Virus record (IMG/VR): IMGVR_UViG_3300011336_000110
Coordinates: 1 to 34,294 of that record
Direction: 5' to 3' (one strand)
DNA length: 34,294 nt
From: a virus
Taxonomy: Duplodnaviria > Caudoviricetes
Below are positions 33,595 to 34,294 of the stretch, piece after piece (position 1 is the stretch's first letter; each line of letters begins with the position of its first letter). The notes below the pieces were generated by a model that was not told the DNA's origin, searched no databases, and saw only the letters and a program-made list of their open reading frames with translations. A program made the translations under genes and the position numbers.

Positions 33595-34013
33595 GGCAGC
33601 TTCTCCGAAATCCAGACAGTGACGGATCCTTCCTCGGCATATTTCTTTGAAACTTTCAGGTACGTTACCTGGGCGTCATCCTCATAGACAACGCCATTCA
33701 TCCCGTCTAGTACGGTCTTGGCAATGTTGTCGACGTCTGGTCTTGCTGGATAGATGTCGCCTTCCAAAGCAGCTTTGTGCTTCGCTTTGGACCAGCTCAA
33801 CGGTATACCCATATGGGCATAAATGTAGACCGTCAACGGCGCCTGTAGCGGAGGATGACCGTGCATCGCTTCTGCCGCTCGAGCTGCGATCAGCGCTTCG
33901 TATTCTCGCGTGACAGCCGGTGTGTAGCTTCTTGGTCTGCCGCCCTGCGAGCTGAACCTGGGTCGACCCTTGCCGATTGGCGGTCCAGGGATCGTAAATT
34001 GAAGAGTCATCAT
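33591..34013 (-). CDS. rusA: RusA-family Holliday junction resolvase
   Basis: PIGKGRPR, RPDVDNIAKTVLDGMNGVVYEDDAQV. Confidence 0.9.
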   Translation of the reverse strand: MMTLQFTIPGPPIGKGRPRFSSQGGRPRSYTPAVTREYEALIAARAAEAMHGHPPLQAPLTVYIYAHMGIPLSWSKAKHKAALEGDIYPARPDVDNIAKTVLDGMNGVVYEDDAQVTYLKVSKKYAEEGSVTVWISEKLP

Positions 34014-34294
34014 TTCAGGAGATTCCATGCTGTTGCTGCCACTGCTGGAACCTGTCCGTTTCCAATGGCTTTAAGTCTGTCCACCCGAGCGGCCACCCCA
34101 TGAGCCACTCGACCCACGTCGGGTTCAGAGAGCCACCAGCTTGCGCAGCCAACGTCGGAGTGTTGCGTTGCTGCTCGCTTGGGGCATTCGTTTCCTTTGC
34201 GTTGTGTGCCGTTGGAGTTGGCCATTTCGCCACCGCAGTTGCCAATCCGTCCCCACTTGTCTTGCTCAACCCTTTCTTGTTGTAATTCCCGCAG
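34010..34294 (-). CDS. C5 methyltransferase alpha frame, 3' part
   Basis: DRLKAIGNGQVP (motif X); continuation of the 646-1 frame. Confidence 0.9.
   Translation of the reverse strand: MRELQQERVEQDKWGRIGNCGGEMANSNGTQRKGNECPKRAATQHSDVGCASWWLSEPDVGRVAHGVAARVDRLKAIGNGQVPAVAATAWNLLK
34015..34294 (-). CDS. Putative methyltransferase beta frame, 3' part
   Basis: WPTPTA, NTPTLAAQ, LNPTWVEWLMGWPLGWT (motif IX-like). Confidence 0.75.
   Translation of the reverse strand, partial: CGNYNKKGLSKTSGDGLATAVAKWPTPTAHNAKETNAPSEQQRNTPTLAAQAGGSLNPTWVEWLMGWPLGWTDLKPLETDRFQQWQQQHGIS
34147..34294. repeat. Terminal direct repeat, right copy
   Basis: 145/148 identity with 1-148. Confidence 0.95.

Noticed and set aside
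34147-34294. Biological terminal repeat or att site
   Set aside because: It falls mid-gene, there is no integrase and the packaging genes are P22-like; an assembly overlap is more parsimonious.
1-34294. tRNA, rRNA, integrase, transposase or intron
   Set aside because: None recognised by eye and intergenic gaps are short; tRNAscan-SE or Infernal would be needed to exclude them formally.

Overview
The window is essentially one complete, circularly permuted ~34.1 kb P22-like (podovirus-type) phage genome. Bases 1-148 recur at 34147-34294 with 3 substitutions, giving a unit length of about 34,146 bp. A short rightward early operon (830-4346) encodes a YqaJ-type exonuclease, an ERF annealing protein, HTH proteins and small ORFs. 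The long leftward arm runs: C5 DNA methyltransferase across the junction, RusA, a non-coding origin-like region, SSB-like and small genes, Dps-like and GroES-like genes, small basic proteins, terminase, portal, scaffold, P22-type coat, about 8 kb of modular tail-fibre-like genes, gp4/gp10/needle-like tail proteins, ejection proteins, lysis genes and a metallophosphoesterase. I recognise no integrase, polymerase, primase, helicase or O/Rep initiator. Two signals stand out. (1) The methyltransferase locus is dual-coded: two same-strand frames of about 260 and 257 aa start 4 nt apart and end 5 nt apart. One carries motifs I-VIII and X; the other carries a TRD-like segment and a motif IX-like segment. 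The ORF track shows only fragments because the locus spans the contig junction. (2) Five perfect DnaA boxes lie beside tandem GATC-containing 13-mers and an AT-rich tract, suggesting an oriC-like origin that uses host DnaA. All family assignments come from motif recognition, not database searches.
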